Below are positions 36,802 to 49,991 of a stretch of 59,734 bases of DNA, in pieces. The stretch comes from Octopus bimaculoides (Eukaryota). The notes beneath the pieces are model-generated. The model did not search any database. It was not told the origin of the DNA and worked only from the letters and a program-made list of their open reading frames with translations. Positions within the stretch are counted from its first letter, which is position 1. Each line of letters begins with the position of its first letter. The stretch lies in NCBI RefSeq assembly GCF_001194135.2, contig NC_069001.1:28331523-28391256 (forward strand), given 5' to 3'. The translations under genes were made by a program, and so were the position numbers.

Positions 36802-38152
36802 GGAGGGGGTGTTTTTCTCTGTGTGTGTGTGTTGGTGTTTGAATATATATTGATATATACACGGATATATATATATATATAAATTAATTCATTTCTTACC
36901 TTATTCCGTTCAATATGTGCTGTGTCCTCTTTGAAACCGTTAAAACCTTTTGTAATATTCAGCAGTTCTTGTTATGTTTTACTTATTCTAAAAGACGGTG
37001 ATTCCCCACTGGCCTGTGGACAGCATAGAAAACGGTCAGAGACCCATATCTCAAAGGGTGTTGCTCATTTATCGACATATAATACGTGTTTACGATCAGT
37101 AATCATGCATCCTCATATGCTTCTTAAGATATATTCAAATTCCCAATTTCCTTGGTAGTCAACCTATCAACAAACACCCTAACCTCCCGCTTCTTCCTAC
37201 CATCTGGTGACGACCGGGCAAGGACTGTAGGTCGAAGACTTTCGTTAGACATGAGAGAGGACCTTTGGGTTTTTTTCCTACAACACCTCAGATTATAAAC
37301 GAGGTGATATTTTCCAGTTATTCTTGGAGCTGAGAACGGTTTTGTTATTCTTAACGTCTCTTCGATCAGTTTATAAATTCCTTTCAGACTGCATGGTATT
37401 ATTGACATTACTATTAATATCGTTTCACTCATTGCATAACCATGTGTCTCATATCGTGTTTATTGTTCACTTCACTTATCACTTGCCAATATCGTTCCAC
37501 AAAGGTGTAAAGAAATCTGGGTTCGATATCAATATCAATAATATTTATTGAAACCTTTGTGTGGAATTGGCCTATACGGAATGGTGTTTCCGTTATTAAA
37601 CCTGCTAACAATTTCGCTTACAGGTTAGGCTTGAAATACAGTATATATGACGGGCAATAAAGGCAAAATGGACCCATAGATTTTGAAAGATTTCCCTGAA
37701 TTACTCCTTTGAGGCTATACTGAAATATCCGATTTTGTGGAAACACATGTATGGGAACTTTCCCCTATTCAGCTGTAGAACCCCCCCCCCNNNNNNNNNN
37801 TGACAAAGAGTTTACTAAAGCAATTTGTTATAGTCTTGTCTGAAAACGAATATTTTCTAAATTCAAACACTCATTGTATGAAGCCATGTGCACAAACGTA
37901 TATTTTCCACAGATATCTTCGATAAAAACGTTTTTTGTTTATTAAGACAGTTACTTTTGTTACTTGTCTTCCTACTATCATTGGGTTAAGTATCAAAGTA
38001 AACTTCGATTCGAAAGCAATATGTATGTGCAAGTTGGTAGGAAGTGTTCTTGGTTGAAATGCCATTAAGCGGATAACCTTGCGTGTTAACGGTTTTTCCA
38101 GTTCACAGCATTAAACATATATTTATACATACACACACACACACAAAATGCG

Positions 38153-38193
<41 letters not shown>

Positions 38194-38325
38194 ACACGCA
38201 CACGCACACACGCACAACACACACATATACATAAAATTAATATGAACAGCAGTTTGCAATGTTTCACCAAAAAGGAGAATTACAAATGTCACTAAATTCG
38301 ACTAGGGTGTTAGACAACACCTATA

Positions 38326-38485
38326 TTGCTAGAAATAAGAGCTAACACCTCTAATGCTGTATCTAACGCACATGAGTAACAGGGGCGGGCGCTTTTCGGA
38401 CGATTATGGTTCCTGTTAGTGTATATCTTTTAATTCACGTGCATTAACTACAGCATTAGAGCGGTTTAGCTCTGACTTCTAGCAA
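38326..38485. mobile_element. Small fold-back/MITE-like element, ~46-bp inverted arms
   Basis: ttgctagaaataagagctaacacctctaatgctgtatctaacgcac vs the reverse complement of gtgcattaactacagcattagagcggtttagctctgacttctagcaa. Inner stem taacagg/cctgtta. Confidence 0.8.
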
Positions 38486-38823
38486 ACACGCTTGTCACAT
38501 TCAGTGACATTTGTATATATAAACATATATATATAATTATTCTATTAATGACAATGCTATAACATTGGTCTATTATTTATTTGCCTTGAAAAGAAAAAAA
38601 AACAACAAAAAGAAAAGACAGGAAACCTTAGAATATGATGCAAAGCGATATATAAAAGCAGATTTCATGGAATCGTTTTTAACATAGAAAAACATAAAGG
38701 CAAGCACAAACATATCAGAAAATAGACAGCATTATTTGATATCAGTGCTCCTTGAGTGATTTTCATAGATTAGTTTATTCTGTGTTTTTCTTTAATCTTT
38801 TAGTTCAATTTTACTGTTCTTTG

Positions 38824-38862
<39 letters not shown>

Positions 38863-38959
38863 TTGATCTTGCCTGGTAGAAAGCATCACCCTAAGTCTTA
38901 AATCCCAAATCCCTGTTTGATAAATCAATCTATCACAGATGACAGCAAAGGGAAAAAAG

Positions 38960-38964
38960 CTTAC

Positions 38965-39007
<43 letters not shown>

Positions 39008-39079
39008 AATACTTGTAGTAGTAGTAGTAGTAGTAGTAGCAGTAGTAGCAGTAGTAGTAGTAGTAGCATAATTCTAATG

Positions 39080-39110
<31 letters not shown>

Positions 39111-39220
39111 TTATTATTATTCTTAATATTATTATCATCATCATCATCGTGCTGTTGTTGTTTTTGTTGTTGTTAATATTATTATCAATAAATCGATAGC
39201 AATAACAACAACAACAACAT
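38960..39220. repeat. Compound trinucleotide microsatellite (ATT)n-(AGT)n-(CTT)n-(CAT)n-(GTT)n
   Basis: Directly visible. Confidence 0.95.
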
Positions 39221-40113
39221 GGACAGCAGAATAGTACATTGATAATAGTAACAAAACGCAAACCCTGCAAGCTTAGCGTCCGTCCAAAAAATGGCTTTAA
39301 GTAATTATCTTTTAGCTTCGGCAACATGATAAAAATCTTTCTACAATAGATTGCTTGCTATCTCTTCTGTTTATCTTTCATCCATATTTCATTATTAATA
39401 GGGTAGAGGGTTGACGAAAAACGGCAAAACGTTAAACTAAATTCTATATCTATTTCGCTTTTTTTTTTCTCTTTTTTTCCATATCGACCCTACCCTGTTT
39501 TTTTCCTTCAAATACCTTCCGGACAGACTTTTCTTGTCTTACGTAGAACCAGAATCGATAACATCATTACCAAAAGAGGATTTAATCGATTTTCCAACAC
39601 CATTACATATCTGTACCCCTTCTTTAATCACTCTGCGGCATATTTAAAATATGACGCCGTTCAAATAATATTTAGAATCTACATTACCCAACGGAAAGTG
39701 CACGCATTAACTTGTATCAAAGTTCGTTTCATGTGCTGCTCTCTGTGTATCTTCTTTTTCTTTTTATCTTTTGTTTGTTTAAGGCATTAGAGTATGACCA
39801 TGCGGCAGCATCGCTTTCAGTGGTTCTGTTGAACAAATCGACCACTGTATATCTGTTTGTGTTATTTATCAAAGCCTGCTCTTTTCCTGAAGTCATTAAT
39901 TTAAGGGGATAAATGAACCAACACTTGTCAAACGATTGTGAGAGACTAGAACAAAAGACACACACACAAGATATACATACATACACACACACACGTAGTG
40001 AGCAGCACATGAAATGAATTTTGATACATACATATATATATATATACACACACACAAACACACATACATACTTAGATGCATACATACATACATTCATACA
40101 ATACATACTTGCG

Positions 40114-40157
<44 letters not shown>

Positions 40158-40179
40158 GACGAATTTCACTAGCAAGATA

Positions 40180-40292
40180 TTGGTTATCTCGGGGATTCAT
40201 TAAGAGACCCCTGTCCAAGATGCTGCGCAGTGGGTCTAAACACGAAGTCACTGAGTTTGAAAGCCAGTTTCTTAACTACCACCAATGAAGAT
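40180..40292 (-). mobile_element. SINE family A head fragment
   Basis: cctgtccaagatgctgcgcagtgggtctaaac...ccagtttcttaactacc parallels 9225-9295. Confidence 0.65.
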
Positions 40293-40971
40293 CTCAAAAG
40301 GGCTGTTTGTCAACCTACTTTGTTGGGAGAAGGGTAGTAGTGTATAAGAAAATTGTGAAATTTGGCATATCAGGATACGTGGCAGTATTATTTGTCCAGT
40401 ATTGTAGATTTCAGAATTATCTGTATCCAAGCTGGAATTACACCGATAAATTGAGAACTGAAAAGCAGAGATCAGCAGGGTTTTCACTTTATCAAAGACT
40501 ACAATAAGCAGTGTCTCTGTCTGTATTGTTTCTAAACTATGAAAGTAATGGAAACAAGTGGTGAGGATTTGGCTGTTATTTCTAGGAGATCGGATTACCT
40601 TATTGTTGTTACTTCTGCGACTGATTTAAGTGTACCGCCATTAAGAAATTAGTTTTAACATAAGTTTCTTCACTGCAGATGTCTCATTTAAGAGGAGTTA
40701 CAAGTTGGTTACTACGCATTTTATGTTATTACCAACAAGACATAAATATAACATATTGTGTTCCTCAAAGATTGGCGGAACCTCTATCATTAATTTGTCT
40801 TCCAGTGATAGGGAGAAAATGCAACAACGAAACTAGACTGATTGCATTCAATAACTGATAATCGAATACCGCAGCAAAACTGTTGTTGCTGCAGTAGATA
40901 TTATTACTGTTTTTTTTTTTTGTTGCAGTTGGTGTGTTCGTGCAGATGATGGTGCTTGTTATTATATAATT

Positions 40972-41199
40972 ATTTCTTTATTGCCAACAAGGTACTAAAC
41001 ATAGAGGGGACAAACAAGGATAGACAAAGGGATTAAGTCGATTACATCTACCCCAGTGCGTAAATGGTACTTATTTCATCGACCCCAAAAGGATGAAAGG
41101 CAAAGTCGACCTCGGCGGAATTTCAGCTCAGAACGTAAAAGCAGACGAAATAGCGCTAAGCATTTCGTCCGGCGTGCTAACGCTTCTGCCAGCTCGCCT
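40972..41199 (-). mobile_element. SINE family B, well preserved
   Basis: Reverse complement begins aaggcgagctggcagaagcgttagcacgccggacgaaatgcttagcg...gttctgagctgaaattccgccgaggtcgactttgcctttcatcc and ends ...ttggcaataaagaaataa. Confidence 0.92.
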
Positions 41200-41212
41200 T
41201 ATATAATAGACT

Positions 41213-41425
41213 ATAGGTGGTAATCTGGTAGAACCGTTAGTGCGTTGGACAAAATGCTTAGCAGTATTTCTTCCAGCATTTCTTCGTTTTGAGTTCCGAT
41301 GTACTTATGATAGACTTAGCTCTTCACTCTTTCAATATCGATAAAATAAATTACCAGTTGGGAAAAGCGATCGATGTTATCCCCATCAAAACTGCTGGTA
41401 TGTGCGAAAAATTAGAAAGAATTAT
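41213..41425 (+). mobile_element. SINE family B, diverged, head-to-head with the previous copy
   Basis: taggtggtaatctggtagaaccgttagtgcgttggacaaaatgcttagc...ttcgttttgagttccg...gacttagctcttcactctttc...ataaaataaattaccagt. Confidence 0.8.
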
Positions 41426-41574
41426 ACAATCGACTACATTTTCGTATTTTATAACAGCACGATGTGACTTCTAAGAGATTTGGCTGTTATGTCTTGTATA
41501 TCCTTCGACCTCATAGGAGATCTCCCATTGGCTTATTCTCGCCGATATTGATTTTGTTTTTGGTGGTGCTGTTG

Positions 41575-41890
41575 TTCAAAATTTGGTGATCCTTGATTGA
41601 GCTGACCTATGATCAGAAGCTTTCCAATCGTGACCATGCCGTTTGTATATCTGCTACCACATTAATACGTCCTTTATATTTTACAATAGAATTAGATAAT
41701 TTTTTCCTAGCTGATCTAACATTGACATATAGTATCCTTTGCCGTTTCTGCTATTGTTTTTTGTTCTTGCTGCAGAGATGTTTGTAGTTGTGGTGATGCG
41801 GTGTTGTGTTGTTCAGCCCCGGGTTAGTTCTTACTTAAAAAACCTATGACAAAAACACCCAAGCCGTCTTTATATTTTACTACAATCCAA
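41575..41890 (+). repeat. Two diverged copies of another short interspersed repeat
   Basis: gacctatgatcag...ccgt...tttatattttac at ~41600-41685 and acctatgacaaa...ccgtctttatattttac at ~41840-41880. Confidence 0.5.
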
Positions 41891-42844
41891 TTATATGCAA
41901 AGTGGATTGCATAATTTAACAATTACTTCCTATTTTGGAAACAGCGACATTTTATTGGAGGTGTATATCATTGCTATATCTAGCATACAGATCGACATCG
42001 CAAAGATTTATCTGTATTCTTGGTTGAAATATTATTACATGACTCGAGACGCATCTACAGTTAAGAGAGTGTATAGAGTCTAAGATAGTTACATAATACA
42101 GAATTATTACGAAATATGTCATATATTCAGAAATATATCTTGAAAAGATCGATATCATCTCTGAAACTGACATTAAAATTACAAAAATATAGTGTTCCGT
42201 TACCACTTAACCATTTCAAATGCCATTAATGGTGTAAGGTTTATGAATTGGCTTCGATTAGTATAACTATTAGAAACTTTTAGATTCAGATCGCTAAGAT
42301 CTTAAACTACAAAATCATGAATGAGATTTACTGTACTACATTTAAATGTTCTGATATTTCTGAGAAGTTACATGGCTATATTTTTCTATACTAGTTATTG
42401 TATCTTAAGATGTGGATGTTTTTCTTTCTTTCTCCATTTTTCTCTTGAGTTACGGATAGGAAATGTAAATATATAAGATGCTATAGGGGTGATTCGTTGC
42501 TGAGCAAAAAAATATGGAAATGTTAACTTTAAAATGCATATGTATGCAACTTATATTCACTTACTGCCTGCTTTTTTTTTTAGGATTAAATCGCATTTAT
42601 TCATATTGATGTTGTGAGACATAGTCGCAGAATTGAGGGCTGAAACTTGAAATTCACTACCGCTGTGATCACAAATGAATGAACTGCGGTATATTCTCCC
42701 TCCATGTATCATTACCACCAACACAATACGATATGAAAATTGTTGTTTTGTTGTGGCTGATTTTTGACGTGGTGTTGGTTGTGGTGGGGGTAATTCTGAC
42801 GTTGTTTTGTTGTTGTTGTTGTTGGTGGTGGTTAAGTACTGAAT

Positions 42845-42984
42845 TTGTATTTATTTAATTGATTCAGAATGAATGAAAGGCAAAGCCGACCTCGGCGGAA
42901 TTTGAACGCAGAACGTAAACACAGACGAAATGTCACTAACCATTTCCCCCTGTATACAAACGATTCATTTTGCTTCCCCGCCTT
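42845..42984 (-). mobile_element. SINE family B
   Basis: gaatgaaaggcaaagccgacctcggcggaatttgaacgcagaacgtaaacacagacgaaat is nearly identical to 41093-41150. Confidence 0.88.
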
Positions 42985-43879
42985 ATCTCTGAGATAATAC
43001 TAACATACATTTATGTTTGGCTATATTTACACTCGTATAAATGATGTAAATATCTCGTAACTACATGTATTTGCGTGGGTATATTCTACGTATGCCTGTC
43101 TATGCCAAACAGAACCAAGCCTTTCAGTGTATGTGATCATTCTATTAAACTCTAATGGAGAGAATCCTAGCAATGATTTTCAGATATTCCCTATACCACT
43201 AATAGATTAGATTTGAAGAATGGGAGTTTGAATGTTTTGTCCTATTTGCGAAAGTTTGACATTTCCAGGCTTTTATGTAAATCAATTGTAATACAGTGTT
43301 ATGCACTTATGATAATTGTACAAATGGGAATCTGTAGCCGTGTTACGAAAGCTCTCCGTTTTGTATTATTTCATCATAAATTTTATCATTTTCTACAACT
43401 GTAGACGAGGAAGTTACATTCGCTGGTTAACTATACTTTTGTTCTCTGGTCATAACAAAAAAAAAAAACAAAAAAACTATCAGATCTGTTTAGTCGTGGC
43501 TGGAGCAGTGTATTATTTGAATGTTAGAGTAATGCTTTCTATATTTAAATGTATGAATACGTTCCAGACCTCTCTTCCAAATTTTGATACTCCAAGACAA
43601 TACTTCTTGCAGTGCAGCCTTTTTAATAGCTTAGGTGGTGATGCCATGTCGCATGGAGCAGTTCTGTACAACTGATGACGATGTTAATAATGTGACAGCT
43701 GTAACGGGTTGGCTCAATCCATACATCCTCTGAAAACATGGAGAATTTTAGATATCATTATCAATTTCATTGTTTGGGTATTAAGTAGCTAAGTTAATAC
43801 CCAAATTTCAATAAGGGTCGAAGACTTATTAAGGTTGTTTATAATTTATGTTCTACCTTCATGTGTGTGTGTGTGTGTT

Positions 43880-44022
43880 TGTGGTAAGAAGAAGCTCGAT
43901 TCGCTTGTACCGGGTTCGGTTCCACTGCATGGCGCCTTGGGTAATTGACTTCTACAATAGCCTCGGGCCGACCAAACCCTTGCATGTGTATTTGGTAGAG
44001 TGGAACTGAAAGAAGCCTGCCG

Positions 44023-44075
<53 letters not shown>

Positions 44076-44330
44076 AAGTCTTTGCATGTGTGTGTGTGCT
44101 TGTGTGTATGCGTCACTGTGTGTGTGTCCCCACCACCACTTGACAGGGGGCGTTGGTATATTTAAGTCTCTTTAACTTGTCCGTTCGATCAAAAATAAAG
44201 ATTGAATAACGACTATCAAATGTTAAAAAAAACAGATTACGACCTCCGGACTATCGTGTTGACTAAAAAGTGTTGAAGGTGGTGCCCCAGCATGGCCGCA
44301 TTCTAATAAATGAAACGAGCAAAAGATAAC
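43880..44330 (+). mobile_element. Full-length SINE family A with internal (TA)n(TG)n
   Basis: tgtggtaagaag...ccgggttcggttccactgcatggcgccttgg...agcctcgggccgaccaaaccct...gaaagaagcctgccg, then (ta)n(tg)n, then ...ggtgccccagcatggccgca...gaaacgagcaaaagataa. Confidence 0.9.
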
Positions 44331-44689
44331 GATTAAACTAAATTTAGCACCGTATACTCTGAGTATAAACTCATGGCACGTGGCTGACATGTATGTACAT
44401 GGACGCATACTCACTTGCTGGTGTGTATATATGTCAGTTTGCTTAGAATTTTGGGAAAACATTCACAGCACATTTTTAACTTCGATCGTTTTAACTTATT
44501 GATTTTCCTCCTCGTTGTGTATACATGCACATCATTGCACACGCATGGATGTGTGTGCTATCGTGTTATAGATAAATGTATGTGTATTCCTTATCGGTGT
44601 CTGGTGCATCTGTCTTCGTGTGTGCGCGTCTATTTGTGTGTGTACTTGTGTGTGTATGTGTGGCAGCGTTCTCTTGTTGCACCTCGCTC

Positions 44690-44992
44690 TTCTCCCTACC
44701 AAACACACACACACCCCTACACCTTTTCCCTCTTCTTATCTAACCACATCTCCGATACACCCTCCCATCTCACAAACTTTCCACCGCTTACTGCTTCACA
44801 TCCTGTTGTTGCTTCTACTGCAGTTCATGTATTTGCGTCTTACCGAAATGCGCCCTCTCCCTCTCTCTCTCTCTCTTTCCCTCTCATTACCTCTTCCTGT
44901 CTCCTGCTCTTCATTTCTCCTTCTGCCCCTCTCCTTCAATTCTCCCAATATATATATATATATATATATTCATATATACATATACACACAAG

Positions 44993-45031
<39 letters not shown>

Positions 45032-45660
45032 TTATGTCTGTCTCCTTCCCTCTCTTTTCAATCTTCTCTCTCACTGTTCTCTATCATTATCCCTTTATCA
45101 CAGCCCCTCTTATGTTCTCTTCCACTCCTCTACAATCTCTCCATTTCACCGTCTCCTCCCACTCTTTCACTCCCCCTATATACACATTCAGACAAACACC
45201 CACACACACACACATTTAGCTCACCCTCGCTCCTATCTCTCAATGTTCTGTATGGTTATCTCTTTATCGCTCCTCGCACTCCTACTATTTTTCATCTCCA
45301 CTCCTTCTCTCTCTCTTTACCTCTTTCTCTGCATACTGTTTGATTCCTACGCATTCTCTGTCTTTCTGCCTACCTCTCATCTTCATCTATTTCCTTTTCC
45401 TTTTCCTTACTGCATGTCGTCATTGATAGCTGCTAAATCTGACGTAGTTTACTTTGACTGGGTTGTTCTGTTTCCCTTTCTATCAGTTCTACTTTCACTT
45501 TCAGACTTATTTGACATTCGCTATTATTCTATTTGTTTCTCCCTTACTACCTAATTCTCCCGCTATTAACTTCATCGTTTTACTCTCTCCTCCTACCTCT
45601 AAATTTCATTGCCACCCCCTCCACGTTATATATATGAATCTCCTTGCGTCGGTTTCTCTC
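44690..45660. repeat. CT-rich low-complexity region with embedded (TA)n/(CA)n
   Basis: Strong pyrimidine strand bias; explains the 379-aa and 199-aa ORFs. Confidence 0.7.
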
Positions 45661-45811
45661 TTTCTGATTCTCTTCAATATGTGTACGTACGTACGTACGT
45701 ATGTGTGCGTGTGGTTAAGCAGATAGAGGAGATGTCTTCTTGGGATTAAAAAAACTAGCAGTGAAGTCCGTTTGAAAGGACAGCCATGTTCAAATGGCTA
45801 CGAACACTACT

Positions 45812-45851
<40 letters not shown>

Positions 45852-46459
45852 AAATATATACTATATATTATGTATATATGCACACACTATATATTATGTA
45901 TATATAAAACATACTATATATTATGTATATATGCACACACTCACACACACACGCACACACANNNNNNNNNNNNNNNNNNNNNNNNNNNNNNNNNNNNNTC
46001 TTTGTCTATCTCCGCCATGTTTCTACCCGAGCGGTATCCCATTATGTATTGCGAAGCCACTCCTGTTACTTTTCTCTTAACATATGGCAGTTTCTGATCA
46101 TTTTGCTGCACATTATTCCAATATGTCTACTAATATTACTATTCAAGCTATTTTTACCTACTCCTGTCAACGACTATTTCATCAACATTACCGACCTCTC
46201 ATTCACCTCCTCCTCCTTGTGCTGTTGGTTTCTCTATCCTACCATACTTCTTCTTCTACTACTACTACTACTAATAATAATAATAATAATAATGATGATG
46301 ATAATAGTAATAATAACAGCATTAATGTCTATAATGAGGAATGGGAAGAGAAGATAAGGGGGTGTATGGCGATGATGATGATGAATTCTAAATTAATCTC
46401 TGTATCATGCATTATAGGGGAGGGAACTATTGATCATATAGATTTTAGTTTTTGAGTAG

Positions 46460-46710
46460 TAAGTTATTTTATCGATCCCGAAATTGTAAAAGCGAAAATC
46501 GACCTCGTCAGGATTTGAACGCAAAACATAAAAGAAAAACAGATTTAAATAAATATTGATTTTTTTTTTTTTAATCATAGACACAAACTCACACTTTTGG
46601 AGATTTGAATATCGCGGATCATAATTCCAGTCATGCTTCTAGAACCGATAGTATTAATGAAAGGCAAAGTGACCTTAACAGAAATTGAAATCAAGGGACG
46701 TATTTTAATA
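46460..46710 (-). mobile_element. Two short SINE family B fragments
   Basis: ttattttatcgatcccgaaa...atcgacctcgtcaggatttgaacgca (46463-46525) and aatgaaaggcaaagtgacctt...aattgaaatca (46657-46695). Confidence 0.65.
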
Positions 46711-47369
46711 CTTTGAAGTATTGTCTCCCGTTCTACTGGGACGAAAAAAAGTAAACAAATCAATAATTTATCGCATTCTATACCCAGTATGTAGATCCGG
46801 GAAACCGATTATTGTATAGAGGAGACATGCAATCCATTCAGTGCTCCCATAGTTTACTTCTCGTATTGTTCATCTGTGCATAAATGTATATATTGCGAAA
46901 CGAATGCTATCGGGTTTTGGAATGCAGACTTATATTTATACGATTAAATAGCATAGGACAATTCAGTTCCGCGCTACAACGTTTCTGTAAGCAGCCCTGC
47001 TCGATATAGATATGATATCGAACGAGTATCGAACGAGTAACTCGTAGGGTTTTCTCTGATTTTACTCATATTGCTGAATTTCTCTCAAATCACACGTTAA
47101 GAACTCTGTAAAGAAAGATGAAGCATATACTAGGACTAAAATCTTCAAATGGAGCTTCGTAAGTTAAATATCGTACTAAGTGTAGGACTGTCGTTCTCCC
47201 CTTTTGCTTTGGGTCTCGACATGCAGTGATTTTCATAATTTCGTGGGATTAATAATTAATCTGCTTTTTCAGAAATATCTTTTTAGCCATTGATTATACA
47301 CTCGCATTCATCTATCTATCGATCCAAGATCTTTGATGGTTAGATGTGTGTTGATATGGTATTATTTAT

Positions 47370-47619
47370 ATCTTTATTGCCCATAGGGGGCTAAACATAA
47401 GGGAACAAACAAGGATAAACAAAGGGGTTAAATTCAATTATATCGACCCTGGTGCTTCACAACCAGTGGTGGTGAACTTACGTTCTCGTAACCTAGCGGC
47501 TGGGCAGAAGCCTAATGCTTATTCTATCGGTATATTTTGCCGAACTGCTATGTTACTGGTACAGAAGCACACAAGATCAGTTGTCAAGCGATGGTGAGGA
47601 TTCAAACAGACTTAGACGC

Positions 47620-47674
<55 letters not shown>

Positions 47675-47795
47675 AAGGCGTTGATCGGCCCAAGGATATA
47701 GTAGAAAACACGTGACCAAAGTGCCACGCAGTGGGACTGACCCTGTACCTTGTGGTCGGGATGCAACCTTCTTACCAGACACCCATACCTGCGCC
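47370..47795 (-). mobile_element. SINE family B tail (47370-47456) abutting a family A copy with internal (TA)n
   Basis: ctttattgcccatagggggctaaacata...caaacaagga matches 40975-41030. ttattctatcgg...ttgtcaagcgatgg...gtgccacgcagtgggactga...ttcttaccagacacccatacctgcgcc matches family A. Confidence 0.85.
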
Positions 47796-49953
47796 TCTTA
47801 TATATTTATAATTTTAAAAATCTATTGGTTTTAATGTATTATCCTACAATTTAGACTATAAGCATTTATTTGGTCATAACTTGTGTGTTAATGCATGAAG
47901 TTAACGTATGAGTGGCTGAGTGTCTTCTGTGCATGTCTTTCGTTTACCTAATTCACATCAGGGCGCTTTGTATCGAAGCAGATCATTTGCATTGAGGGTA
48001 AAATCTAGAGGTTGAGAGAAGGATACAATGAATAGAGACTGATAGTAAGAGAGATAACGAAAGAGATGGTGAGACGACGAGAAAGATGAACAGATGGAGA
48101 CAGACAGTTTGAGAGTGCTAAAGAACTCTAAGAGAATAATCTGGGAGGGAACAAATACTGCAAAATATCTTAGACGCAGTAACTCTCAGCCATTTTGATT
48201 TCGTCGTCCAGATATCTTTATATTTTTACTTTTTTTTAATTATAAATGCTTTGAATATTGATTCATACCTTGTTTAGCATGGTTGCGAAACTAATTGCTT
48301 ATGAACTAATCAAAGGTTCAGTGTATGGTTACTCAATTTCCTAAACGTAACACCAAAAAATTCTTCAGATCATCGCCTGCAGTTTTAAGACTTAGAAGTT
48401 ACAGTCAGAAAAGCAAAAACAGCAGCAGTCGCTGAGAGTGTGTTTTTTATTTAAAGATTTATCATTGCATACCTAGTAAAAGAAATACATTAGTACGAAT
48501 AGAACTAGTTAGTTCATACATTAATATAAGTACTTTTGGTAATGAGAAATACTGGCGATGGTGATGAGGCGGTGAAAATATGTGTCAACACATTTGTACG
48601 TATTTGTTAGGGTTGCTTTTAAAAATTTCTTTTTGGTTTTTGACAGCTATGCAACGCATGCGTGTTGAGATAAGCACCACGGGTGAGACAGTAAATCGTT
48701 AACATATGTCAGATTTTACATCCTGTTGCGTTACTCCCGTTCAAAGTGCAACACGTTTGTACAGTTTCTGTTTTATAGAAAAAAGATCAGTGACGTCTTT
48801 AGCAGCCACCCCGAGGTAATTTGTGAAAGCGGTTGGTTAATTTAAGATGAAGGAAATCCGAATTTGTTGTCCAATGAGCCGAGTCAAAGACTTGGGTTTG
48901 GTTTCTAAATATAATTATTTTGAATTTCCTATGGTTGTTGTTGTCGTTGCTGCTGCTGCTGCTGTTTGAGGATGATGTTAATGTTGTTTCGATTCAGGTC
49001 AGCCGTTCTCCGGTAAAGCCGATGCAAATTTCCAACTATAACAGTGCTGACACTTTTTTTTTTCGTGTTTATGAATCAATTTTATATCACCTCCTTCATT
49101 TGTAAGACAGTATATTTGATTTCAGAGAATTTAGCTGTATTTTCTAGCAATATAAATGATCATTCACATACAGAATCGTTGACTAGAATTTAATACTCTT
49201 CATTACAAAAGAGTTTTAGTTATAAGAAAGTGATGATTAATTTTTAAATAATAAACAACAACCAATAGGTAGTCAGAAAACANNNNNNNNNNNNNNNNNN
49301 NNNNNNNNNNNNNNNNNNNNNNNNNNNNNNNNNNNNNNNNNNNNNNNNNNNNNNNNNNNNNNNNNNNNNNNNNNNNNNNNNNNNNNNNNNNNNNNNNNNN
49401 NNNNNNNNNNNNNNNNNNNNNNNNNNNNNNNNNNNNNNNNNNNNNNNNNNNNNNNNNNNNNNNNNNNNNNNNNNNNNNNNNNNNNNNNNNNNNNNNNNNN
49501 NNNNNNNNNNNNNNNNNNNNNNNNNNNNNNNNNNNNNNNNNNNNNNNNNNNNNNNNNNNNNNNNNNNNNNNNNNNNNNNNNNNNNNNNNNNNNNNNNNNN
49601 NNNNNNNNNNNNNNNNNNNNNNNNNNNNNNNNNNNNNNNNNNNNNNNNNNNNNNNNNNNNNNNNNNNNNNNNNNNNNNNNNNNNNNNNNNNNNNNNNNNN
49701 NNNNNNNNNNNNNNNNNNNNNNNNNNNNNNNNNNNNNNNNNNNNNNNNNNNNNNNNNNNNNNNNNNNNNNNNNNNNNNNNNNNNNNNNNNNNNNNNNNNN
49801 NNNNNNNNNNNNNNNNNNNNNNNNNNNNNNNNNNNNNNNNNNNNNNNNNNNNNNNNNNNNNNNNNNNNNNNNNNNNNNNNNNNNNNNNNNNNNNNNNNNN
49901 NNNNNNNNNNNNNNNNNNNNNNNNNNNNNNNNNNNNNNNNNNNNNNNNNNNNN

Positions 49954-49991
<38 letters not shown>

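Noticed and set aside
40290-40500. Unique block with ORFs on both strands
   Set aside because: Several weak alternative exon readings, none preferred; adjoins a SINE head.
44415-45554. 379-aa ORF, the longest gap-free ORF
   Set aside because: Runs through CT-rich low complexity and (TA)n/(CA)n; pyrimidine-rich DNA lacks stops. No domain or splice support.
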